Origin: Myxococcota bacterium
Lineage (GTDB): Bacteria; Myxococcota; XYA12-FULL-58-9; JALHOP01
DNA: 20,720 nt
NCBI GenBank assembly: GCA_041288095.1
Contig: JBGGMJ010000098.1
Span: 1-20,720 of the forward strand
Direction: 5' to 3'
Shown: positions 8,601 through 16,256 of the stretch, one piece after another
Layout: every line of letters begins with the position of its first letter
How positions within the stretch are numbered: position 1 is the first letter of the stretch
The notes under the pieces: model-generated
What the model was told of the DNA's origin: nothing
The model's database searches: none
The model's input: the letters and a program-made list of their open reading frames with translations, nothing else
Program-made: the position numbers and the translations under genes

Positions 8601-8719
8601 TCCGCGAGCTCCTCCGGTGGCGCGCCTGTGAACTCCACCGCGAGCACAGGCTGACCGCGATAGCCGGCAAGCGGGTCGGCTTGCGCGAGCGTCAACGCGA
8701 TCAACGCGGCTAGAAGCAT
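5678..8719 (-). CDS. Omp85-family (BamA/TamA-like) outer-membrane assembly factor with about 7 POTRA domains
   Basis: Short signal peptide MLLAALIALTLAQA (ATG at 8719, 1 nt after the tamB stop). Repeated POTRA starts, YDRRDNAFNPTRG, loop-6 motif FFMGGRDTLRGY, GAGIRYSTPVGALALDFG and C-terminal HFSVGVF. Confidence 0.93.
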   Translation of the reverse strand: MLLAALIALTLAQADPLAGYRGQPVLAVEFTGAPPEELAELRTLVEIEPGYLLAAVDVQTAVKRIYALGRYSDVNIYAQRSQGVITLTFAVTPIKRLADIDVVGTDGVSADGLRDALQLRKGDEVDGRATERVSERAQAYLQDEGYPNATVEAVITSPPDEVAVQMRVTVNEGAPRRAAAVRFSGEPRVPWFALLELISTRPGGIVRAKTLADDRDRLTSELKQRGFLRAIVGDPELQDGPDGVTVVFPVRAGERIAIDFSGNTVFTDVELRKLLPLSDDPMRERDVRDLADRVVEHYKKLGRFSTTAQVRGFTDRDSDIIRYVIVIEEGPPLRVVDIHFPGATAFEEEILVAQVRAVLERAVPQDGVFEALTRNKQCLGNVADEGVRRDAKTCPEAETPPPDRWVPDLYQQALDEITSVYNNLGFLSAQVGPAQASFDPGNVVHVTVPVREGIQTFIRTIGYNGNDAVTAAELLKLADETTQDRAVQAPMRPGAPFSSTGVEDARIAAVRSYRDKGYVYARVFADVTLSDDRQWADVAYRFEEGPQVRIGRVLVRGNRYTREGVIRSRITLRPGDVYRLEQALTDQRAIGALGVFSSVRVKLIDEEKPGETKDLIADVVERDRQPVEISPGLSTADGPRLLVSYSHINVFGTASTATISAKVNRQIFFDLYGQYDDLMRDRYAQFSTLQQIERELRAGIHSPRIVAWPLTPSFRMDLVQERTNVISYSLDSTALIFGIDTYPGKRWTVSLEPQISYTDLQCPSQADCVGDVQSLRPDRLRLDRGTRRTFKVGPSITYDRRDNAFNPTRGFYGNVKAYYAIGDLRTSEIPAPVRLVTVQGTATAYFPVWKLVLAFSARGGIIGNIGQAIPIDERFFMGGRDTLRGYVERTLIPEDVCVVDDGSAAALRCKSTVIRAPGRPPISPGGETYVLFKTELRVPLSERFSVGLFLDAGNLWFAQPSSWDDVVLRYGTGAGIRYSTPVGALALDFGVNPDRRVQNAEARAQVHFSVGVF

Positions 8720-8720
8720 T

Positions 8721-11700
8721 TCACCTGAATTCCCAGCGTAAGCGCAGATCGAGGCCGAAGTCGGCAATCGGCGCGTCGGTCACTGATAGCCATGTACCCT
8801 GGACGGTGGCGACGTTCGAGAGGTGATATTCGAGCGCGACGTTGTGATCTTGGTCGTCCTCGATGGACCGCGAATAGCGCAAGACGACGTTCTTGCCGAT
8901 GTCCTTGCCGACGAGGATACGCGCGGTGGTGCGGCGCGCGCGGCTCGACCAACCGCTGGTGAGGCGTACCTCGTCGAGCTCGATGGGGAGGACGCGGCGG
9001 ACCTTCTCGTCCATGCCCGAGACTGTCCACAGCGCGTCGAGGCCACCCGCGTAGGTGTCGCGCAACGTGGTGGTGGCGCCGGCTGCTTCGTGGCCTTCGA
9101 ACTGGCGCAGGCGGATGCCGAACTGGAGGCAGGCGAGCACGTCTTGCGGATCGACGATGCCTTTCAAGTCGCTGCCCGTCGCCGTCACGTTGTAGCTCTC
9201 GGTGTCGCCGAAGACGCTCACGCGGGCGTCGATCCCGCAGGCCTTGGTCGTGGCGCGAATGTCGAACTGCGTGAAGATGCGGTACTCGTCGGTGAAGTCG
9301 ATGCTGGCGCGCTCGACGTTGAAGACGTTGTTGCGATAGCGGGCACGAGCCCAAAGGGGCGTCACGCTGCCGAGGAGGCCGACACGGTTGCTCGTCCCCG
9401 TGACGGTGAGATCGGCGCGGAGCTCGGCCTCGAGAACGTTGTTGGAGACGACGATGTTGTTCGGCGCAGTGACGCCGACGGCGAGGCGCACGACCTCGCT
9501 CGACTCGATGGCCGGCACCTGCAACGGCCGCGTCGTTTGCTCGGGGATGAACGACACCAGCTCGATGTTCTGCATGTAGCGCAGCTGATCGACCTTGATG
9601 TGACCCGAGAGCAGCAGATCGTCCATCTGACCTTGCAGCGCCAAGTTGCCGGAGAGCGTCGTCGTCACGTCCGTCATCGGCGTGAGCGTCACGTGCGCTA
9701 GCTCGGCACGCAGCGAAACCTCGGAGGCGGCGCCGCCGGCGAGGACGGCCTGACCCTCGAGCTTCAAGCTGCCGCCGCCGACCGTCGCTTGCGCGGCGTC
9801 CAGCGTGAGGGTGCGGCCGCTGAAAGAGACGTCCGCCGAGACGTCCTCGAGTGTTTGATGCGCGTTGGTGGCGCGCACCTCGCCGTTGCGCACCGACACG
9901 ATGCCGTCGAGCTCCATGTTCGCCCAGGTGCCGCGCGTCCGCAGGTCGAGCTCGAGCCGACCCTCGGCGTTCTGGATGCGCGGCGACAGCAGCCTGAACG
10001 CGTGCAGTGAGCCGCCGCCCTTGGCGTGCACGTCGAGCTCGCCGCGCAGCGGAGCATCGCCGCTGACCTCGACATTCAAGCCCGAGCCCGCGAGCTTCAT
10101 CTTGTCCACGTGGAGGATCTCGTTGGCGTAGCGCATGTGGACCGGCTCGACGTTGTTGAGCGCGAGCTCGCGCCAGCGCGCCTCCGCCCGCGCCATGACG
10201 ATCTCGGCGGTGAGGCTGTTCGGATCAGTGAGCTTACCCTTCGTCGTCATGGTGCCGTCGAAGTCCACGGTTGCTGGGCCGGTGACCGGCATCAGCCGCG
10301 CGAAGTCGATGTGCTTCCCCGTGAACGTCGCCTCGTAGGTGCCTTGGTCGTCGAGGAGGAGCACTCCCTTGCCGTTGGCGTCGCCGGAGAGAAGCTGGGC
10401 CTCGAGCAGGACGCGGCCCGGCTCGAAGGTCGCCTCGACTTGGCTGGTCTCGAGGCGGCAGTCGTACACCGCCCAGTCGCGCAAACGCGCCGTCGCGCTG
10501 CCGGTGAGGGTCTGCTTGGTGCCTTCGAGGCGCACCTGTCCACTGACGCTGCCGCTCATCGGGATGTTGCCGACGAAGGGTGTGACGAGACGCGCCGGCA
10601 CCTGCGCGATGTTACCGGCGAGCGCGAGGGTGCCGTCCTTGCGGTACGCGGCCCTACCATCCGCCTTGCCGCCTCCTGGTTGCATGGCGATCCGACCCCA
10701 GGCGAGCTCGCTCGCTTTGCCGCTCTCGGCGACCCACGGAGTCGCGTCGAAGCCTCCCTCGAACTCCGCGGCGCCGAGGTCGACGCCGTCGAGCGCGAAG
10801 GCGGTGGAACGGAGCTTGGCGGTGCCGGCGGGCGCGAGGAGCGAGCCGTCGATCTTCACCTCACCGCTGACACGGGAGACGACACGCCCCGAGACCTTGG
10901 GTGGGACGCCGATATCGTTGAGCGCCGAGGTGAGATCGACGTGGTCGACGGCTAGGTCCGCTTTAGCGGTCGGATCGCGGGTGCCGAAGTCGATGAGCCC
11001 GCTACCGTGCGCCGTGCCCTCGTGGCGCTTCACGGTGACGTCATTGAAAGCGAGTTGCGGATGCTTGTAGGTGAGCTGACCCTTGGCATCACCGATGGCG
11101 TAGCCGGCGACCGTGAGCCCGACGAGGTCGCAGGTGCCGGCGATGGTCGGCGAGCGATAGGGCCCGGCGATTTTCGCCTGCACCGGGCCTTTGCCCTCGA
11201 GCGTGAGCCCGCCGATGGGGCCCAGGTGCGCGAGCTCGGCGTCGACGCTCTCCACGTCGAGCGAAAGACCGACGTCGGGCTCGAAGTCGAGGCTGCCCGA
11301 AGTGACGTAACGCGCGTCGCGCAGCAGGATGTTGAGGCCGTCGAGCGTCACCGCGTGGTAGTCGATGCGCGCCGTGCCGCGTAGACCGATGTCGTCGAGG
11401 GCGAGATAAGTCTTCGAGCCCCCCGCGCGATAGCTGCGGTCCCCCACCCGCAAGTTGTCGCCGCGGCCGTCGACCTGCAGCTCGAGCGCGAAGGGCTTCA
11501 AAGTCCCGGCGACCTCGACGTCGCCGTCGAAGAGGAGCCGTACCCAGGCGTCGGGGAGCCCAGCCATGTCGAGGATCTCGGGCAAGGAGGCGTGGTGCGT
11601 CTGCGCCTTGGCCTGCACCGCGTAGTTGCCGGCGAGCGTCACCGAGCCGCTGCCCTGCACCTTGCCGGCGCGGGGGTTGTCCACGGCGATGGTCTCGACG

Positions 11701-12665
11701 TCGATCCGCCCACCGCCATAGCGGGCACGGACGCTGACGTCGCCGAGATCGACACGAGGCTCGCGCCCGCGCGCGTATCCGGGACGCGGGCGGCCGGGGA
11801 GGGTGACGCCGCGAACGTCGGCGGTGACGGTGGCCGAGAGCTCGGTTAGCCCGCCGGCCAGATCGAGCTGCACCCGCCCGTGTCCGCCGACCCGCGGGGC
11901 ATGGGGCACGAGCGTCAAGGCGCGCTCGAGGTCCGCGACCGTGTCGATGTGCAGCGCGAAGTCGAGCATGGGAAGGAGCCGCGCTTGCCCATTGCCGTGG
12001 ATGTCGACCGTCGGGTTCGACAGCTCGAACTGGCTCAAGGTCACGCGCTGCGGGTCGTCGAGACTCCCGTAGAAAGTCGCTTTAGCGGACAGGCGCGCTT
12101 GCAGCGGTCGCCCGTCGGGACTCACGCTCAAGGTGCCTATCTCGAGGTGGACGTTCTTGACGGTGCCGCGCGACTGGCGCATCCACAGTTGCAGGTCGTC
12201 GACCATGACGTCGCCGAGGGCTTCCGTGTGCGCGGAGACACGCGCATTCCACACGTGCAAGTTGAGCACGTCGACCGGGAGTCTCTTCTTCTTGTCGGTG
12301 CCGCTCGTATCGAGACTGGTGAGGCGCGTGACGTCGGTGCGCAACCCGTCGACCTCGAGCGCCTGGATGATCACGGCGCCGGTCGGTGACGGCCACGGCT
12401 GAACGACGAGTCGTGCGCGGTGCGCGGTGAGCCACGGGGGCGTCGCCTCGTCGTCGGCGAGGCTGACCCCGCGCAGCTCGATCGCCGGCGGCAGCAGCTC
12501 GATGCGGAGCTGCGCAAGGGTAAGCTCGACGCCGAAGCGCTCGCGCGCGAGCGTCATTGCCCGTGCCCGCAAGCTCTCGGCAACACGAGGGCTCGTCAGC
12601 GCGAAAACGCATCCCGTGGCCGCCCCGAGGAAGACGGCAAAGAGTATGACGAGCCGACGCCACAC
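8721..12665 (-). CDS. tamB: Translocation and assembly module TamB (AsmA-like, DUF490-type C-terminus)
   Basis: 1314 aa with an N-terminal signal anchor, a long repetitive Gly-rich beta-strand body, and a C-terminal region ending ILVGKDIGKNVVLRYS...DFGLDLRLRWEFR. Directly upstream of an Omp85 gene. Confidence 0.88.
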   Translation of the reverse strand: MWRRLVILFAVFLGAATGCVFALTSPRVAESLRARAMTLARERFGVELTLAQLRIELLPPAIELRGVSLADDEATPPWLTAHRARLVVQPWPSPTGAVIIQALEVDGLRTDVTRLTSLDTSGTDKKKRLPVDVLNLHVWNARVSAHTEALGDVMVDDLQLWMRQSRGTVKNVHLEIGTLSVSPDGRPLQARLSAKATFYGSLDDPQRVTLSQFELSNPTVDIHGNGQARLLPMLDFALHIDTVADLERALTLVPHAPRVGGHGRVQLDLAGGLTELSATVTADVRGVTLPGRPRPGYARGREPRVDLGDVSVRARYGGGRIDVETIAVDNPRAGKVQGSGSVTLAGNYAVQAKAQTHHASLPEILDMAGLPDAWVRLLFDGDVEVAGTLKPFALELQVDGRGDNLRVGDRSYRAGGSKTYLALDDIGLRGTARIDYHAVTLDGLNILLRDARYVTSGSLDFEPDVGLSLDVESVDAELAHLGPIGGLTLEGKGPVQAKIAGPYRSPTIAGTCDLVGLTVAGYAIGDAKGQLTYKHPQLAFNDVTVKRHEGTAHGSGLIDFGTRDPTAKADLAVDHVDLTSALNDIGVPPKVSGRVVSRVSGEVKIDGSLLAPAGTAKLRSTAFALDGVDLGAAEFEGGFDATPWVAESGKASELAWGRIAMQPGGGKADGRAAYRKDGTLALAGNIAQVPARLVTPFVGNIPMSGSVSGQVRLEGTKQTLTGSATARLRDWAVYDCRLETSQVEATFEPGRVLLEAQLLSGDANGKGVLLLDDQGTYEATFTGKHIDFARLMPVTGPATVDFDGTMTTKGKLTDPNSLTAEIVMARAEARWRELALNNVEPVHMRYANEILHVDKMKLAGSGLNVEVSGDAPLRGELDVHAKGGGSLHAFRLLSPRIQNAEGRLELDLRTRGTWANMELDGIVSVRNGEVRATNAHQTLEDVSADVSFSGRTLTLDAAQATVGGGSLKLEGQAVLAGGAASEVSLRAELAHVTLTPMTDVTTTLSGNLALQGQMDDLLLSGHIKVDQLRYMQNIELVSFIPEQTTRPLQVPAIESSEVVRLAVGVTAPNNIVVSNNVLEAELRADLTVTGTSNRVGLLGSVTPLWARARYRNNVFNVERASIDFTDEYRIFTQFDIRATTKACGIDARVSVFGDTESYNVTATGSDLKGIVDPQDVLACLQFGIRLRQFEGHEAAGATTTLRDTYAGGLDALWTVSGMDEKVRRVLPIELDEVRLTSGWSSRARRTTARILVGKDIGKNVVLRYSRSIEDDQDHNVALEYHLSNVATVQGTWLSVTDAPIADFGLDLRLRWEFR

Positions 12666-12676
12666 GATGAGATCGA

Positions 12677-12705
12677 ATGGTACCGGCCGCTACGAAACAC
12701 CGCAA
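12677..12705 (-). promoter_or_regulatory. Candidate sigma70-type promoter for tamB-omp85
   Basis: Minus strand TTGCGG (12705-12700), 17-nt spacer, TACCAT (12682-12677), ending 11 nt before the GTG. Confidence 0.5.
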
Positions 12706-12722
12706 AAGTTCAGGGACTTTTG
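12703..12722. repeat. AT-rich inverted repeat CAAAAGT-N6-ACTTTTG (operator or weak hairpin)
   Basis: Perfect 7-bp arms at 12703-12709 and 12716-12722 between the coaBC stop and the tamB start. The repeat is seen directly; its role is unknown. Confidence 0.55.
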
Positions 12723-12732
12723 TTACGGAACG

Positions 12733-13944
12733 TCAGGCGCTCTTGGCTCGCCGTAGGCGCAATACGTGATCCATGATGGCCCAGGCCACGTCGTCCTTGT
12801 CGAGACTAGGTAGGGCGGTGTGTTGCCCAGCGCGGTCCAGAATATCGACCCTGTTGGTATCACTAGCGAATCCGGCGCCCGGCTCGTTGATGTCGTTGGC
12901 GACCACCATGTCGACGTCCTTGCGGGCGAGCTTCTCGCGCGCGTAGCCGAGCACGTCGCGGCTCTCGGCGGCAAAGGCGACGACGATGCGCCCGCCGCTG
13001 CGTGCCTTCAGGGTCATCAGGATGTCGGGGGTGCGCTTCAAGACCACCGTGAGGTCGCCGGGCCCCTTCTTGAGCTTGTCGCGCGAATGATCGCGCGGCG
13101 TGAAGTCCGCTGGGGCAGCCGCCATGACGAGGGCGCTGCTCCACTCGATGTGGCGCTGACAGGCTTCGAGCATCTGCTCGGTCGTCTCGACGCGCTCGAC
13201 CAACATCCCGGGCGGTGGCGCGATCTGCGTGGGGCCGCTCACCAGGCGCACGTCGGCGCCGCGCATGCGGGCGGCGCGCGCGATGGCGTACCCCATCTTC
13301 CCTGACGAGGCGTTCGAGAGGAACCGCGCGGGATCGAAGGCTTCGCGCGTGGGGCCCGCGGTCACGAGGATGCGCTCGCCCTTGCAGTCCGCTCCAGCAA
13401 ACAGCTCCGCGATGCGCTCGATGATGACTTCGGGCTCGGCCAAACGGCCGATGCCGATGCGGCCCGATGCAAGGTCGCCACTTTCAGGCCAGACGAAGTG
13501 CGCGCCTCTGTCGGCGAGCGTCGCGACGTGCTCCTTCGTCGCTGGATGCTCCCACATGCCGCTCTCCATCGCGGGGGCGATCACGAGAGGGGCTCGGGTG
13601 GCCAAAGCGACGGCGGTGAGCGGCTCGTCGGCGCGGCCGAGAGCTAGGCGAGCGATGAGATCGGCGCTTGCGGGCGCGATGACCAGGGCATCGGCGCGGT
13701 GAGCGAGCTCCACGTGTCCCACCTCGCCATTTTCGGCGGCGCTCCAGAGATCGGTGATGGCGCGCTCGCCCGCGAGCACGGAGAAGGAGAGGGGACCCAC
13801 GAAGCGCGTCGCCGCCCGCGTCAGGACGGGGTACACGCGCGCCTTGGCGTCGAGCAGGAGCCGCGTGAGGTAGAGCGCCTTGTACGCGGCGATGCTGCCC
13901 GCCACGCCCAAAACGACGTGTTTTTCCCGCAGAGTTCGCAACAT
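12733..13944 (-). CDS. coaBC: Bifunctional phosphopantothenoylcysteine decarboxylase / phosphopantothenate-cysteine ligase
   Basis: GVAGSIAAYKA, HVELA, APASAD, APAMESGMW, ILVTAGPTRE..DPARFLSNASSGKMG, FAAES and VVAND motifs; 403 aa. Confidence 0.97.
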   Translation of the reverse strand: MLRTLREKHVVLGVAGSIAAYKALYLTRLLLDAKARVYPVLTRAATRFVGPLSFSVLAGERAITDLWSAAENGEVGHVELAHRADALVIAPASADLIARLALGRADEPLTAVALATRAPLVIAPAMESGMWEHPATKEHVATLADRGAHFVWPESGDLASGRIGIGRLAEPEVIIERIAELFAGADCKGERILVTAGPTREAFDPARFLSNASSGKMGYAIARAARMRGADVRLVSGPTQIAPPPGMLVERVETTEQMLEACQRHIEWSSALVMAAAPADFTPRDHSRDKLKKGPGDLTVVLKRTPDILMTLKARSGGRIVVAFAAESRDVLGYAREKLARKDVDMVVANDINEPGAGFASDTNRVDILDRAGQHTALPSLDKDDVAWAIMDHVLRLRRAKSA

Positions 13945-14002
13945 GCTTCCGCCCAGTGAAGGCTACCACTTGCGGGATCAGAGTGATACAGACGCGCGCG
14001 TC
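13945..14002. promoter_or_regulatory. Compact divergent promoter region between coaBC and the HEAT-repeat gene
   Basis: 58 bp between divergent starts. The minus strand has an extended -10-like TG-G-TAGCCT and GGAAG just before the coaBC ATG. Confidence 0.4.
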
Positions 14003-14767
14003 ATGGGATTCTTAGGACTCTTCGGCGGCGGCAACATGTCCGATCGCCGCATCGACAAGAGCGCCAAGCTCGCCGCCAACCCGTTCGCGCAGCCCGACGT
14101 CCGCATGCGCGAGATGCAGCGTTTGCTCGCCGACGGTAGCCCGGCGGCGCTGCGCGGAGTGCTCAAGCGCTTCACCGCCAACGCCAGCGGCCACATCGCC
14201 GACGAAGACGAGAAGAAGTGGCTCGAGAACGCTCTCGTGGACGTCGGTGAAGACGCTCTCGAGCCGCTGCGCGCGTTCATCAAGAACGAAGAGCGACTCA
14301 CTTACGCATTGCACGCCTACGAGCGCATCGCCGGCTCCGAGGAAGCGGTACGCTTTTACGTCGAGGTGATGAACGCGTACGGTCCGGACGATCATCGCTC
14401 GAGCGATGCGAAGTTGCAGCTCGTGCACGCTTTGGCGGAGCACATGGACGACCCGCGCGTGCTCGAGTGCCTCATGGCTTTCGTGCTCGACCATGCTGAC
14501 GAAGTGCGCACCGCCGTCCTCGATCTCATCGACACCGCGGCCGACAAGGGCTTGATGAAGGATGCGTTGCTGATGACCCTCGCCGAGCCGTTCGGCACGT
14601 TGGTCTGTGACGGCACCGTCGGTCCCCGCGTCCAGCGTCGCGCCGCCGAGCTCCTGGAAAAGCGCAACTGGGCCGCCGGTGGCACCGCCGCGGAGCTCGC
14701 GACCCTCATCAACGATGTCTACTTCCTCGACAAGAAGCGGTTCGTCCGCAAGCGGGTGAAGAAGTAG
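14003..14767 (+). CDS. HEAT-repeat-like hypothetical protein
   Basis: Start MGFLGLFGGG at 14003; the longer ORF-track start overlaps coaBC. Helical repeats such as ALVDVGEDALEPL and FVLDHADEVRTAVLDLI; basic C-terminus. Confidence 0.8.
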   Translation: MGFLGLFGGGNMSDRRIDKSAKLAANPFAQPDVRMREMQRLLADGSPAALRGVLKRFTANASGHIADEDEKKWLENALVDVGEDALEPLRAFIKNEERLTYALHAYERIAGSEEAVRFYVEVMNAYGPDDHRSSDAKLQLVHALAEHMDDPRVLECLMAFVLDHADEVRTAVLDLIDTAADKGLMKDALLMTLAEPFGTLVCDGTVGPRVQRRAAELLEKRNWAAGGTAAELATLINDVYFLDKKRFVRKRVKK

Positions 14768-14921
14768 TCGGCCGCGTGGGCATGTAGGTTGAGTTGACGC
14801 GCATGGGGGCTTGTGCAACACCAAGTGGGACGGGCGATTCCGCTCGTCAGCTCCCGCCAGGCTTCCCTTCCAGCTGTTTGTAGTCACCGCGCTTCTCGGC
14901 GTGGGACTCGAGGCTCATCCC

Positions 14922-16241
14922 ATGGGCACTTCGGCCAAGACCGACAAGATCGACGAGGACGAGGTCCCCGTCGTTGAATCCGTCGGCAAAGACATCAACC
15001 TCAACGACCTGAAGAAGAAGAAGCCGGCCGAGCTGGGCCGTATGGCGGCGGACCTCAACATCGAGGGCGTCGCGGGCATGCGCAAGCAGGACCTGATCTT
15101 CGCCCTGCTGCAAGCGCACACCGAAAACAGCGGCGCCATCTACTCGGAGGGCGTCCTCGAGACGCTGCCCGACGGCTACGGTTTCTTGCGAGCGCCCGAC
15201 TACAACTACTTGCCGGGCCCCGACGACATCTACGTCTCGCCTTCGCAGATCCGACGCCTGAACCTGCGCACCGGCGACACGGTCTCCGGCCAGATCCGCC
15301 CGCCGAAAGACAGCGAGCGCTATTACGCGATGCTCAAGATCGACAAGGTGAACTTCGAGCTGCCCGAGAAGGCGCGCGAGAAGATCCTCTTCGACAACTT
15401 GACGCCGCTCTATCCGACGCGCCGCTTCGTCATGGAGCACGAGACGGCGAACATGTCGACGCGCATCCTCGACCTCTTGGTGCCGATCGGCATGGGCCAA
15501 CGTGCTCTCATCGTCTCGCCGCCGCGCGCCGGTAAGACGGTCATGCTGCAGAACCTCGCCAACTCGATCAGCGCCAACCACCCCGAAGCGTGGCTCATGG
15601 TGCTGCTCATCGACGAACGCCCCGAAGAAGTCACCGACATGGAGCGCTCGGTCAAAGGCGAAGTCGTCTCCTCGACCTTCGACGAGCCGGCGCAGCGCCA
15701 CGTGCAAGTCGCCGAGATGGTCATCGAGAAGGCCAAGCGCCTGGTCGAGCACGGCAAGGACGTCGTCATCTTGCTCGACTCGATCACGCGTCTCGCCCGC
15801 GCCTACAACACGGTGGTGCCGCCTTCCGGCAAGATCCTCTCCGGCGGTGTCGACTCGAACGCTTTGCACAAGCCCAAGCGTTTCTTCGGCGCGGCTCGTA
15901 ACGTCGAAGAGGGCGGGTCGCTCACCATCATCGGCACCGCTTTGGTGGACACCGGCAGCCGCATGGACGAAGTCATCTTCGAAGAGTTCAAGGGCACCGG
16001 TAACAGCGAAATCCATCTCGATCGCAAGTTGATGGAGAAGCGCATTTTCCCGACGATGGACATCAACCGCTCAGCGACGCGCAAGGAAGAGCTGCTGCTG
16101 CCCCCCGAGGTCCTCAACCGTGTGTGGATCCTGCGTCAGCTCTTGCACCCGCTGAACGTGATCGATTCGATGGAGTTCTTGCTCTCGAAGATGAAGGGCA
16201 CGAAGTCCAACAAGGAATTCTTGGCCTCGATGGGCATGTAG
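14922..16241 (+). CDS. rho: Transcription termination factor Rho
   Basis: [36 protein letters not shown], Walker [32 protein letters not shown] and [12 protein letters not shown] at 14922 is preceded by GAGG. Confidence 0.99.
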   Translation: MGTSAKTDKIDEDEVPVVESVGKDINLNDLKKKKPAELGRMAADLNIEGVAGMRKQDLIFALLQAHTENSGAIYSEGVLETLPDGYGFLRAPDYNYLPGPDDIYVSPSQIRRLNLRTGDTVSGQIRPPKDSERYYAMLKIDKVNFELPEKAREKILFDNLTPLYPTRRFVMEHETANMSTRILDLLVPIGMGQRALIVSPPRAGKTVMLQNLANSISANHPEAWLMVLLIDERPEEVTDMERSVKGEVVSSTFDEPAQRHVQVAEMVIEKAKRLVEHGKDVVILLDSITRLARAYNTVVPPSGKILSGGVDSNALHKPKRFFGAARNVEEGGSLTIIGTALVDTGSRMDEVIFEEFKGTGNSEIHLDRKLMEKRIFPTMDINRSATRKEELLLPPEVLNRVWILRQLLHPLNVIDSMEFLLSKMKGTKSNKEFLASMGM

Positions 16242-16256
16242 TAGCGGGCGCTGCTT

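Noticed and set aside
7079..8713. 544-aa plus-strand ORF and other long ORFs opposite omp85/tamB
   Set aside because: Fully antisense to well-supported genes; shadow frames caused by GC3 bias.
12733..13944. Flavoprotein decarboxylase as a LanD-like RiPP enzyme for the Cys-tailed peptide
   Set aside because: It is a full fused CoaBC with an intact CoaB half, lies 7.5 kb away, and the peptide ends in Ala rather than Cys.
14847..16016. 389-aa minus-strand ORF
   Set aside because: Antisense shadow of rho.
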